NCBI GenBank assembly: GCA_965240325.2 | Contig: OZ251236.1 | Coordinates: 868,001-932,000 of the forward strand | Origin: Rebecca billardiae RCC1528 | Taxonomy: Eukaryota > Protista > Haptophyta | Reading direction: 5' to 3' | Length of the DNA stretch: 64,000 nucleotides | Part shown: piece by piece, positions 33,197-44,376 of the stretch | How positions within the stretch are numbered: the first letter of the stretch is position 1 | Layout: the number at the start of each line of letters is the position of its first letter | The notes under the pieces: model-generated | The model's database searches: none | Told to the model about the DNA's origin: nothing | Seen by the model: only the letters and a program-made list of their open reading frames with translations | Position numbers and translations under genes: made by a program

Positions 33197-36100
33197 TCAT
33201 GCCGCGGGCAGGCTCGCGGCGTCGCCTCCGAGCGCCTCAGGCAGCAGGCCGAGCAGCAGCTCATCCAGAGAGCGCGCGCCCTCCTCGTCCGCGGCGCGCT
33301 CGCCGAGCTGCGCCAGCGCCTCCCAGCGCGCGCGCGGCACGCGGCGCACACGCTCGCTGCTCGCGACGAGAACGTCCCACCCACGCAGCACGCGCGTCGA
33401 GGCCGGGCAGTGCGACACGCCGAGCGCCGCGCGGAACGCGGCGCAGAGCTCGCCGACGAGCCCGTCGACTCGCGCCCAGACGGGCGGCTTGGCGGCGGCG
33501 AGCACGGCGAGCCCGCGCGCGCCGTCCGCGCTGCCGTCCGCGCCCGCGCCGGCCGGCGCGCCGAGGAGTGTGCGCACGCGCGCCGGCGGCGAGAAGAGCG
33601 CCTCGGGCGTGCCGGGGCGCACCAGGAACAGCCACGCCGGGAGCTGCTCGTAGCTGGCCGCGATCGCGCGCGCGATCGCGCTCGAGTTGGTGAGCGCGAG
33701 GGCGGCGCCGGGCGGCGCGCGCGTGCGCAGCACGTGCCGTGACGCGTCAGCGAGCGCGCCGCCGCGCGCGCCGCCCGGCGCCGGGGGCTGGGGCTCGCAG
33801 CGCTCGAGCACGCGCACGCCAAAGCGCACGCCGTCCGCGGGCACGAGCGCGGTGAATCCGTCGATCCAAGCCTCGTCGCGCTCGGAGCACCGCCAGCTCA
33901 GCGCAAGCCAGTGCGGCGGCAGCGAAGGTGCCGGCTGCGGCGGCATGTGCGGCGCGGCGGCCGCGTCGTGACGGGCGACGGCCGCGGCCCGCGCGGCGGC
34001 CTCGCTCCGATGGTGCCGCCTGTACCCGCGCTGCGCGTCGAAGGGCGCGTTGAAAGCGGGCTCGAGCCCCGACGCGCCGCCACCTTCAAGTATGCTGTCC
34101 ACCGCGTCCGCGCCGTGAAGGCACGCGACCGACGCCGACTCAGCCTGGCGCGACACCCAGGCGCGCGCGCGAGCAGGGCGATCGCGCGGCGCGCGGGCGC
34201 GGCGCGCGCGCGGCGACGCGGGCACGGCGGAGGCGGTGGGCACGGCGCGCGCGCGTGAGGCGCGAGGGGCGCGAGACAGGGCGAGACAGGCGGGGTCGCC
34301 CAACGACGGCACGCCACGGCGCGCGCTTTTTCGCGCGCGCACACCTCGGCCTGCCACGCGCCGAGCGCGCCGCGGCTCCACACGCTCGCCTCCCGGCGCA
34401 GCGCGCTGTCCGCCCACTGCAGCGCCAGCTCGCGCGTGGACAGCGGCACGGGCCGCGGCCGCGGGCCGCCTGGGCGCACGCGCGCGCTCTCGACGTGCGC
34501 GCCGGGCACGATCACGCCCGCCTCGAAGAGCCCGCCGATCACGCGCGAGATGAGCTCGCTCTCGTTCCGCGCCGCCGCCGCCGCCGCGCCCGCCGCGCGA
34601 GCGGAGCGCAACCCTCGGCCGCCGTTCGGCGCGGCGCCCGCGCCCGCGCCCGCGCCGGGCGCCGGCGCGCGCGTCTCACACAGCAGGGTGTGGCGATCGC
34701 GCTGGGCGGGCGCGGCGGCAGGCGTGAGCGCGGAGAGCAGCGTGACTCGGAAGCACGGCTGCGAGTCGTCCGCCAGGTGCAGCACGTGCGCGCCGTCGCG
34801 CAGCGCGCCGCCCAGCCTCCCGCGCACGCCGAGGCCCACCATGTGTGAGTGCGCGCGCCGCAGGTGCGGCCGCGCGCGCTCGCGCGCCGCGTCGAGCGCG
34901 CCGCCGCGCGGCGCGACAGAGTGGAGAAGCGTGTCGAGAGGTGCGGTGGAGAGGAGCGCGGAGTAGCGCACGCGCTCGCCGCCCTCGAGCACCGCCTCGT
35001 GCACGTGCGCGGCGAACGAGCGGCTCGCGCCGCCGTCCTTGTCAGAGCCCGTCGTGACGACGCGGCTGAGCCGAGCGAGCGCTGGCGCGCCCGCGCGCAC
35101 GTGAGATGGCGGCAGCGCGGCCAGCGCGGCGCGCCACGCGCGCGCCGTGCCCGCGCGGGGCACACGCGCGACTAGGCCGTCGGCCGCGAGCGGGGCGTGG
35201 GCGCGGGGCGCTGCGCCCGCGCCCGAGCCCTTCTGAAGCATCGCCAGCGCCGCGCCTCGAAAGTTGAGCGGGCCACCGCCGCTGCCGCCGCCAGCCGCCG
35301 CCTCGGCGTCGGCGTCTGCGCCGGCCGCGCCGCTGCTGAGCGCGCGCGCCGCGTCGGCCGCGGCGGCCGTGGCCTGACTCTCGCCGAGCGCGCCAAGCGA
35401 GTACGCGGGCGAGAGCACGTGCGCGGGCACGCCCCACTCGCGCGCCGCCATAGGCACGGCGTGCAACCCGGCGAGGGGCGCGCCGAGCGCGTCGCGCAGC
35501 CGCTCCGCAAGGCTGCGCGGCGCGCGCGGAGCCGCGCGCGCCGCGGAGCGCGGCGCCGAACCCTCCGTCCCTGCGCGTGCGGCGGGCCCGACATCGGCGT
35601 GGTCGGTGCGCGAGGCCAGCTCATGCAGCACGGCGAGCTGCTCCTCCGCCGGCAGCGCGTGCAAAGAGCCCTCTAGCGGTAGCGGCGCCCACGCGCCCGG
35701 CCGCACGAGCGCCGCCGCGCTCGGCCAGAGCTCCAGCCAATCACGCGGCGCCGTGTGCGCGCCCAGCAGCCGGTCCGCAATCTCGGCGTGGGAGATCAGG
35801 GCGCCGCCGGCGAGGCCCCAGTCGTAAGTGTACCCCTGCGCGCGGCGGCGGCGCGGCCGCGCGCGCGTCAGCCCCGGAGAGCGCGGCGAGCCGCGCCAGC
35901 GCGCGCGTGGAAGAGGCGGCAGCCAGGAGCCGTGGCCGTGCGCCGCGCACGCTCGCTCGCCCGAGAGCGCCCGGCCGCCGCGGCCGCGCGCGCGCGCGCG
36001 TGTGGGGGCGTGGAGCGCGCGGCTCGCGCGGCGCGTGCGGCGTGCGGCGCGTGCGCGCACCTGGTCATCGAGCTCGAGCGCGTCGGGCCCGGCGCCGAGC

Positions 36101-38049
36101 GCCGAGTCCTGCTCGCCGCGCCCGGTGTACAGCAGCTGCCAGTTCGCGTGCCCAAGCTCGTGCAGCCGCGCGGCCGCGCACACGGCCGTTGGCCCGGAGC
36201 CGACAATGAGCACCCGCCCCCCGGGCTTGATGGGGGTCGAGCGATCCGCGGCCGGGGCCGGGGCCGGCGGCGCGCGCGCGCGGCGCCAGGTGTAAGAGAG
36301 CGGGTCGACGGGCGCGGCGTCGCCCAGCGCGAGCAGCTGCGCGCCCGCCGGCTCGGACGCGCGCAGCTCGGTGCCGCCCGCCCGCGGGTACCGGCGCACG
36401 CGCCACGCCCACGCGGTCTGAATGGCCGCGCGCAGGTCTGCGAGCTCGGGCGCCCATGCGAGTTCGGTCCGAATCTTCTGCGGGTCGGTGTACAGCGTGG
36501 GCGGGTCGCCCGGCCGGGCGGGCGCGATCTGCACGGGCACCTTGCGCCGCGTCACCGCCTCCACCACGCGCACCACCTCCTTCACCGACGAGCCGCGCCC
36601 GTTCCCCACGTTGTACACGAGCGGCTCGAAATCGCTTAGCGCGCGCAGCGTGAGCACGTGCGCGCGCACCAGGTCGGACACGTGGACGTAGTCGCGCACC
36701 GCCGTGCCGTCGGGCGTGGGGAACTCGGCGCCGGTGAGCTGCAGCGCGGGGCGCAGCCCGAGCGCCGCGTCCATCGCCGCGTCGACGATCCGCGGGAAGC
36801 GCAGCTGCTCCGAGTGCGCCAGCACTGGCCCCAGCCGGCCGCGCGGGTCCGCTCCGATCACGTTGAAGTAGCGCAGGGACGACACCGCAAACGGTTGGCG
36901 CACGCGGTGGCGCACGCGCGCCTTGAGCAGGATGGCCTGCTCCGCGTGCAGCTTGGACAGCCCGTACGGGTTCGTCGGCACCTGCGGGCTGTCCTCCACG
37001 ATCGGCATCTCGGCCGGCGCGCCGAACGTCGCGCACGACGACGAGAAGACGAGAGCTTTCACGGAAGCTTCGTCCATCGCGCGCAGCAGCTGCAGCGTGC
37101 CGATCGTGATGTTCTGGTAGTACTTGTCCGGCGCGGCCATGGACTCGCCGACGTACGCGTTGCCCGCGAAGTGGATCACCACGTCCACGCGCTTCGTGCG
37201 CATCAGCCGCGCCATCGCCGCCGTGTCCGCGAGGTCCTGCGCGGCGCGCGGCGGTGGCGGGCGCGCGGGCGCGCGGGCAAAGTTGGCTGGCGCGCGCGGC
37301 GCGGGTGAGCGAGCGCGCGCACCGCGGCAGCGGCCGCGGGCGGCCGACGCGGCGGCGCGGACCTGCTCGTAGAACGCGAACGAGGTCGCGCCGCCGCCGC
37401 CGCCGCCGCGCGCGCGCGCGCGCCCCGCCAGCTCCTCCAGCCGCACGACCGTGTCCCAGGAGGAGCGGCTCATGTCGTCGACCGCCGTGACCTCGTACCC
37501 GCCCTCGTCGAGCAGGAGCAGCACCATGTGCGAGCCGATGTACCCGGCCGCGCCGGTGATCAGCACGCGGCGGAGCGGCACCGCGCGCTCGGGCCGGCGC
37601 GAGTAGCGCGGCGACGCGCGGCCGAGCACGCGGCCGTGGCCGAGCGCGGCGCTGCTGCCGTTCACACCGGCCTGCGCGCTGCCGCGCGTGCCAGGCTGCC
37701 CGAGCGGTGCACGCGCGCGGGTGCCCACTGCTGCGAGCGGGCTTGGGGCGAGCGAGGCGTACGGCGCGTACTCCCGCGCGCTGACGCCCGCCGCTCGCGC
37801 GCCGACGCCGCCCTCACGCGCAGAGCCTTGGGCTTGCTCGTCACACGGGCACGCGCATGCGCCGCCACGCGGCATCCGCGCGCCGCCCGGCGGCCAGACT
37901 ACGCCGGCGAGGATGACGAGGAGGGTGCCCGCGAGTGCCAGCGCCAAGCGCGCCCGCCGGCAGCCCACCGCCCCCGCGCCGCCGACGGCCTCACCGCCGC
38001 CGCGGCCCGACTCCGACGGAGCCGCGCACTTGTGGGTCGTCGTCGCCAT
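33197..38049 (-). CDS. Type II membrane fusion: UDP-xylose/glucose 4-epimerase + UDP-galactopyranose-mutase-like flavoprotein + DUF3431-like domain. Exons 38049-37363, 37236-36061, 35835-34345, 34144-33197
   Basis: N-terminal TM; ITGAAGYIGSH, HFAGNAYVGES, SSSCATFG, NPYGLSK, LRYFNVIGADPRGRLG; then VLIVGSGPTA...GYTYDWG...FRVTLLS...VWSRGALGAWQAE|AESASVACLHGADAVD; then a DUF3431-like tail (IAASYEQLP..LFLV). Confidence 0.8.
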
Positions 38050-38625
38050 GGCTGTGCTCCTCGGCAGGATGCACGATGGCTGTCGACCGACCTCCCAAGC
38101 ACAGCATCAATAACTGTACATCCATTGTTACATTGTAGGACCAAAGGACCCGTCAGAGAGTGAGAGTTATACTGTCAGTTGTACGGGACAGGCAGAAATT
38201 CTCGGAATGCAGATGCTGAGCAGATAACACTGTTCGGCGTGCTGCAGGTACGCAGGTCCCAGGCAGACCCAGCTCGCCTGCGGACGATGCCGAACTAGTC
38301 GATAATGGCACGCACGCTCGCCCCAGTAACTCATGTCGCCGGCGTCACGCCTCACCGCTCACGCCCTCACGTCGCCGGGACCGATCGCGGATCGGCGATC
38401 CTAGCCGTCGACAGCGCCGCAACCACAGCCGCCCCGCGTCGCTGCGTGGTTGGCTGTAGCGGCATAGTGCCACTCACGTGGCACGTCTGCTCGCCACGCC
38501 AAATAGACGTGCGTGCGCGCGTGCCTCTGCGGCAGCGCGTCGCCCGCCGGGGCACACGCGTGCGAGGGGTCCTCGCGTCGCGGCGTCGGCGTCCGGGCGT
38601 CGGCCCGGGCGCCGGCACAGCCCGC

Positions 38626-41600
38626 TCAGGCGCGCGGGTTGTGCATGCGGAAGATGTGCCGCTCCTTCTTGTCGTCGTCCAGCATGGAGGACATGTCCTG
38701 CGGCGTGAGGAATATGAACTGCGCGAACGGGTGCCGGTCGCACGCCTCGAGCAGCGAGCTGACCGCGCGCCGGCGGAACGCGTCGTCCATGAACACGTCA
38801 AACTCGTCGATGCAGCGGAACGGCGTGTCGATGAAGCCCCACAGCGAGATCTGGAAGCACATCGTGGTGAACGAGCGCTCGCCGCCGGAGAGCGTGGACA
38901 CGTTGCGCGTCGTGCTCGCCGCCTGGTCGACCGAGTTGGTGCGCACGCAGATGCCGAGCGTGCTCGCCGTGTCGGTCGAGTTGTGCTCAAAGTCGAGCGT
39001 GCCCGAGAGCTGCCGCTTGCGCATCTCGATGTCGAAGGACTCGGACGCGTGATCGCCTGCGCGCGGCGAGGCGCGGCGGCGGCGGCGGCGAGTGTCGCGC
39101 GCGGGGCGGGCACGCGTACGAGTTGGTGAGCGGAGACGACGCGCTGCGCACGCGTATCGCGCGCGCTCGCGCCCGGGCGCGCGCGCCCCGCGGCGCACCG
39201 AGCTTCTTGCGCTCGCGGTGCCACTGCTTGAAGCGCAGCTTGCGCGCGGTCTCGAGCGCGTCGCGGTCGATCTGCACGCACGACTTCCGGTGCTCCTTGT
39301 CCTCCAACGCCGCCACCGCCGCGTCGAAAGTCGCCTTGAGCTCGGCCGCGTCGACCTGCCGCTCGCGGCCGCGGCTCTCGCGCGCGCGCTTAGCGGCCCT
39401 TTCCTTCTCCTTCACGAGGTTCTTCATCTGATTTTGCAGCGCGCCTGCGCGCACGGCGCGCGGCGGCGGCGGGCGCGAGGGTGTGAGCCGGGCGCGGCGG
39501 CGAGCTGCCATGCGCGCGAGCGCGCGCGCGCGTGCGCGCACCGATCGTGTTTTTGTCGCCGCTGACATCGGGCTCGGGCTCGCCCGCGGGCATCGCGCTC
39601 GCCGCGCGCTCGCGCAGCCTGGCCGCCGCGGCCTCGAGCTCGGCCAGCTTGTGCTGGTCCTCGGCCGCGGCGCGCTCGGCCTTGGCGAGCGCGTCGTTGG
39701 CGTTCTGCAGCCGCTTCTCGCACGCCTTCACCTCGCGGTACGCGCGCTCCATGTTCTGGATCACCTCCTCCTCGCCCGCGACCAGCGCGTTCTCCTCGCC
39801 CTTCAGGTCGCGCAGCTGCGCCTCCAGCGGCGCGAGCTCGCGCTCCGTGTCCGCCTTCTTGGCGCGCAGCTCCTCCGCGGTCTTGAGGTGCTTGTCCGCG
39901 GCGCCCCTGACCTGCAACGCGTTGTACGTCGCGTCGTCCTCCTCCTGCTCGTCCACGCCGCCCTCGAGGCCGAGCGCGTGCAGCTCGTTCTCCAGCTCGC
40001 TCGCGCGCCTGCGCAGCGTCGTCATGTGCTTCTGCAGCTGCGCCTGCCGCTGGCTGAAGCCCGCGGACGACGCCGTCACCTCGTGCGCGTGCTTGCGCGC
40101 TGCTTGCAGCTCGCGCTCGAGCACGGGCAGCTGCTCCTGGAGCCCGGCGAGCTGCGCGCCGTCGTCCTTGTACAGGAAGCGCGAGCGCTCGAGCCACCGC
40201 GCCGGGCGGTCCTGCACCTGGATGCCGTTGCGGTCGTACAGCGAGTACCCGTCGGGCAGGTACACCCTGCTCACGTTGCGCGCCGGCGGCCTGGCGTACG
40301 CGATCGCGCGGCCCTCGTCGGGCGTGTTGGCGAGCACCACCTTCTCGAGCGAGCACTTGTCGATGACGACCTGCTGCACGATGGGGCTGTCGAAGGAGAC
40401 CTGGTCGAGCGCGCGCGTGAGCCGCGGGTCGGGCTGCACCGCCTCGCTCAGCTCGTACTCCTCCGCCCTCGCCATCGAGCTCGTGATGATGTTCGGCACC
40501 CACTTGATGCCCAGCTCGCGGCACACAGACTCGAGCGCAATCCGGTCCGCGTGCGAGTCGACGATGAACGCGTTCAGCGTGCCGCCGATGGCGTTCTCGA
40601 GGGCGCGGCCCCACTTCTCCTCGCCCTTCAGCTTGATGTGCATCCCGATCGGCCCGACCGGCATCATGCGGAACTTGCGCGAGTACGACGGCAGCTTGGC
40701 GACGAGCTTCTTGATGTCGTTGCTGAAGGGGATGAGCCGCTTGTTCGAGGTGCCCTGCTGCGCGTGCTGCGCCTGCTTGAGCAGCTCGCGCACGTGGTCG
40801 TACTCGGCGCGCGCGCGGCGCTCGGCGTCCTGCGCCTGCTTCGCGCGCTCGCCCGAGCCGCCCTTCTCGCGCACGAGCGCGTCGAGCTCCGCGTCCGCCT
40901 TCTTGAGCCCCTCGCTGTTGGTCGCCTGCTGAGCGTGCAGTGTGGCGCGCCGCGCGTCACGCTCGCGCGCCGCCTCCTCCTGGCGCGCCGCGCGCGTGCG
41001 CCTGAGCTCCTGCGCCTTGTCCTCGTACGCCTGCGCCTCCTTCTGCCGCTTGAGCCCGGTCGCCTGCTCCTGCTCCGCCTTGTTCGCGAGCTGCTTGCGC
41101 TCGCGCTCGAGCGAGTGCTTCTGCGTGACGAGCTGCTTCGTCTTCTCGCGCAGGCGCGCCAGGTTCTCCTCGCCCGGCTGCTGCGCCTGCTTGAGCTGCT
41201 CGTGCGCGGCGCGCGCGGCGGCGAGGCGCTCGCTCACGGCGCTCACCTTCTCGCGCGCCGCGTCGATCCCGCCCGTGCGCGCCTCCACTTCGGTGCGCAC
41301 CGCCGCCGCCTCCGCCGTCGCGTCGTACGCCTCGCGCCACTGCACGCGCCGCTTCTTCTCGAGCAGCTTGCCGTCAATCGTCGTGAGCGCGACCGCGTCG
41401 TCGTACGCCTGCTTGGCATTCGTCACCGCCTGCTCGAGCGCCGGGAGCTCGTTCTCGAAGTTCTCCAGGTCGTCGCCCATCCGCGCCACGTCCGCGTCGA
41501 GCTTGAGCAGCCGCACCTTGGCCTGCTCCAGCCCGGTCGCCTCCATGAAGTACTGGTACCGGTGCGTGTCGTCCGTGCTCGAGAGGAACTTCTTCGCCTT

Positions 41601-42230
41601 CTCCTGCGTGAGCACGACGGTCGGGTTGGTGACCTGGATGTTGAAGTGCTCGCAGATCTCCGCGATCTCCGACACGCGCTGGTACACCACCGAGCCGTTC
41701 GCGCACTTGGCCTTGTGCGAGCTGCAGCTCGTGCCCTTGGCGCCGATCGTGCGCTCGATCAGGATCTCGTTGCCGAAGATCTCGGGCTGGTACGCGTCGG
41801 GGCCGCCGTTGAAGAGGGTGATGCGGATGATGGCGGACGACTCGCCGTGCCGCACCAGCTCGCTCAGCTTGTCCGCGCGCAGGCTGTTCGACTTGGCGCC
41901 GAGGCCGATCATGCAGCCCGAGAGCAGCGCCGACTTGCCCGAGCCGTTCCGGCCGAAGACAAAGTTGACGCCCGGCTTGAGGTCGACGAGGAGGTGGGCG
42001 TGGTTCATGAAGTTGATCAGCTCGATCTGCTTGATCGAGCCCGCCGCCGACTGCGCGCCCGAGAAGAGCTCGTGCGAGCTCGACGCCGCCGCGAGGTCGA
42101 GCTGCTGGCCGATCAGGCGCTCGCCCATCTGCGTCTTCTGCTTCTTCGAGGCACGCTGCGTCTTCTCGGCCGAGAGGATCTCCTGCGTCTGCACCTGCGA
42201 CGTCGTCATGCGGTCGAGCGCCGGCGCCAT
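38626..42230 (-). CDS. SMC6: Structural maintenance of chromosomes protein 6, exons 42230-39542, 39444-39199, 39056-38626
   Basis: INFMNH...GRNGSGKS Walker A, coiled coil/hinge (PVGPIGMHIKL), LSGGERSF...PFRCIDEFDVFMD. About 1120 aa after splicing. Confidence 0.92.
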
Positions 42231-42525
42231 CCCCGCCAGTGCGTAGTACGCCTAGAACAACGCGGCCAACGACCACGCCGCGCTCGTTGGCCCAGGAGCC
42301 CCTCCTGCACAACTCGAATCGATTGCGCTGTCCACCAGTGGCAGCGGCTGGCGAGCTTCCACTGCCAGCGTCGCCTTTTTCGTGGGTCGAACTGGTCAAC
42401 GGCCTTCGCCAACCCGGTCCTGCGCGGCCACGAGTCCGGGAGCGCGCGGTGACTTACTCGAGCCAAAGAGGTTGCGGCCTGGCGGTGGCGTCAACGGTCT
42501 GCGCGCGAGTGGCGGACGTCGACCT

Positions 42526-43062
42526 ATGGCGGGGCGAGCGAGCGCGCCGCTCGCGACGGAGCTCGCCTCGCAGACGGCGAGCGTTGCGCTCGGCATTGCG
42601 CTCGGGATGCTCTCACGCTCACATGGCGCCTCGCGACGCCTCGTCTCTCGTGCCCTCGTTCTTCTGCAGCACGTGCACGAATACCCCGTGTGCCCGAGGG
42701 CGCTCGGCCTCGCGCTCGTGCCCGTGCCGCCGTCCGAGCCTGGCGTGTACAGCCCCGCGCTTGGCACGTGCTTCACGACGGCAGTATCTGCCGGTCTCGA
42801 TGCCGGCAACCTCTCGACGCCGCCTGCCGCGGGCGCGATGGTCGCCATGCTGATGGGCGGTCTTGCCCTGCTCCTCCTCTTCTTCGCGTGCCGCGCGGTG
42901 GGCCTGGCGCGCCGCGCACGCGCGTCGCGCGCTGCCGCGCCTTTGGCGATTCCACGACTGGCACCTCGTCGCATCATCCGCCCCGCGCGCCGAGCGCACG
43001 ACGCTGACTTCGCCCAGGCCGTCTCAGCATACAACGACGCGTGCATGAAGATGCTCGGCTGA
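42526..43062 (+). CDS. Hypothetical small membrane protein, divergent from SMC6
   Basis: GC-rich ORF with TM segment AMVAMLMGGLALLLLFFAC. No family recognised. Confidence 0.45.
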   Translation: MAGRASAPLATELASQTASVALGIALGMLSRSHGASRRLVSRALVLLQHVHEYPVCPRALGLALVPVPPSEPGVYSPALGTCFTTAVSAGLDAGNLSTPPAAGAMVAMLMGGLALLLLFFACRAVGLARRARASRAAAPLAIPRLAPRRIIRPARRAHDADFAQAVSAYNDACMKMLG

Positions 43063-43478
43063 CGCGACCGCCGGCCAGCTCGCAGGCGGGTTGAAGAGGA
43101 CGTGCGCGGCGTACATCTGCACGAGAACGTGCAAGTGCAGCCTATGTGTGCTGCCACTCGCAGCGTCTAGCATGGACCATGGGGCATGGATCAGATGCAT
43201 CATCATGAGTGCCGCGGGCCAGTCCGTGCCCGAGCCAAGACTCTGTGCAGCGCATGCACGGTGAAGCGCACGCCAGTGACCCAGTCGCAGCACGCTGCTA
43301 AACTGCAGTCTGCACTCTGCAGACGCAGCAGCATGAACAGCGCCGCAGCGCGTGGCCTGATGAGCTGCCATAGCTGCTTCCTGCTAGCAGGCTACTACTC
43401 GGAATAGACTCGGTTGGCAGACGAGGATCCGCGACGGACCGTTGATGTCACGGTACCGTCAGCGCGGCGGGCTTGTAA

Positions 43479-44000
43479 CTTTACGGGCAATCGCGGGCAA
43501 TAAGAAGTCAGAGATCTCACGGCTAGTCTCGGTGTCTTAGCCGTTCGGTAGCCCGAGCGCCTACGGAGTCTCAGTTTCTTAGCTAGGTCCGCCCGCCGTG
43601 CAGGCGCGGGGGGCCGGCGCAGGGGGGCAGAGTCCCCCGCTGAGTCTTTAGGCCCGGCCGGCGAGGCCGAAGAAAAGTTTGGGCCATTTGGGAGCAAATA
43701 TGGCATGATGTTGCATGGATGCAGCGGTGCACTGGCCAGGAGTCAGTCAGGAGAAGTCGGGACTTGGCCTGTACTCGTAGTCGGGCCGCGCGCCGCGTCC
43801 CACGGGCACTGCGGCCTTGGCGGACCAGTCGGACCACGTCAGCCGCGACGACGTAACTAGTCCCGGTTTCTTAGTGTGACTATATGCGTATAGCGAACCA
43901 GCCAATCGCTAGTCTCAGTTTCTAGGCCAGATCCGCAGATAGCAAGCCCCCGTTTCTTAACGTGACAGCTCCTTATTGCCCGCGTCAATTGCCTGTAAGC
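43479..44000. mobile_element. Degenerate MITE-like element
   Basis: Imperfect ~35-bp TIRs (ttacgggcaatcgcgggcaataagaagtca vs tgacagctccttattgcccgcgtcaattgcctgtaag) and internal direct repeats resembling gtctcagtttcttag. Confidence 0.5.
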
Positions 44001-44376
44001 TAGTTAGCCGTTTACGGTTTAGGAGCCATCACCGGAGCCTGAAGTCTCCGTGGTGACGACGATAGTCATAGTTATTACTACTACGGGATCATCGTCAAGG
44101 CGCCCAACTGGCGAGCGGTTCCAGTCTGCAGACCTGGACCTACGCCCCGGACACCCCCCGGACCTCCACGCTCGGTGTGGGGGTTGGTCCGGTACGGTCC
44201 GGCTGCAGACTGCGACTGTCTGCGAGCGGTTCCTCAGTCAGGACTTGTTCAGCAGGACTTGCCCGTGCGGCTGCCCAAACCGCCAAAGAGATTGAAAATG
44301 CAAGCCGGGAAAGGTCAAAGCCTCAAAGGAGGCCGCGCTGGGCGCCTTGGGCGAGCTCGGAGCGGCGACCACGCGA

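Noticed and set aside
35836-37362. Stop-free introns with lengths divisible by three
   Set aside because: 6 of 16 inferred introns are 3n, close to chance, and stop codons are rare at this GC content.
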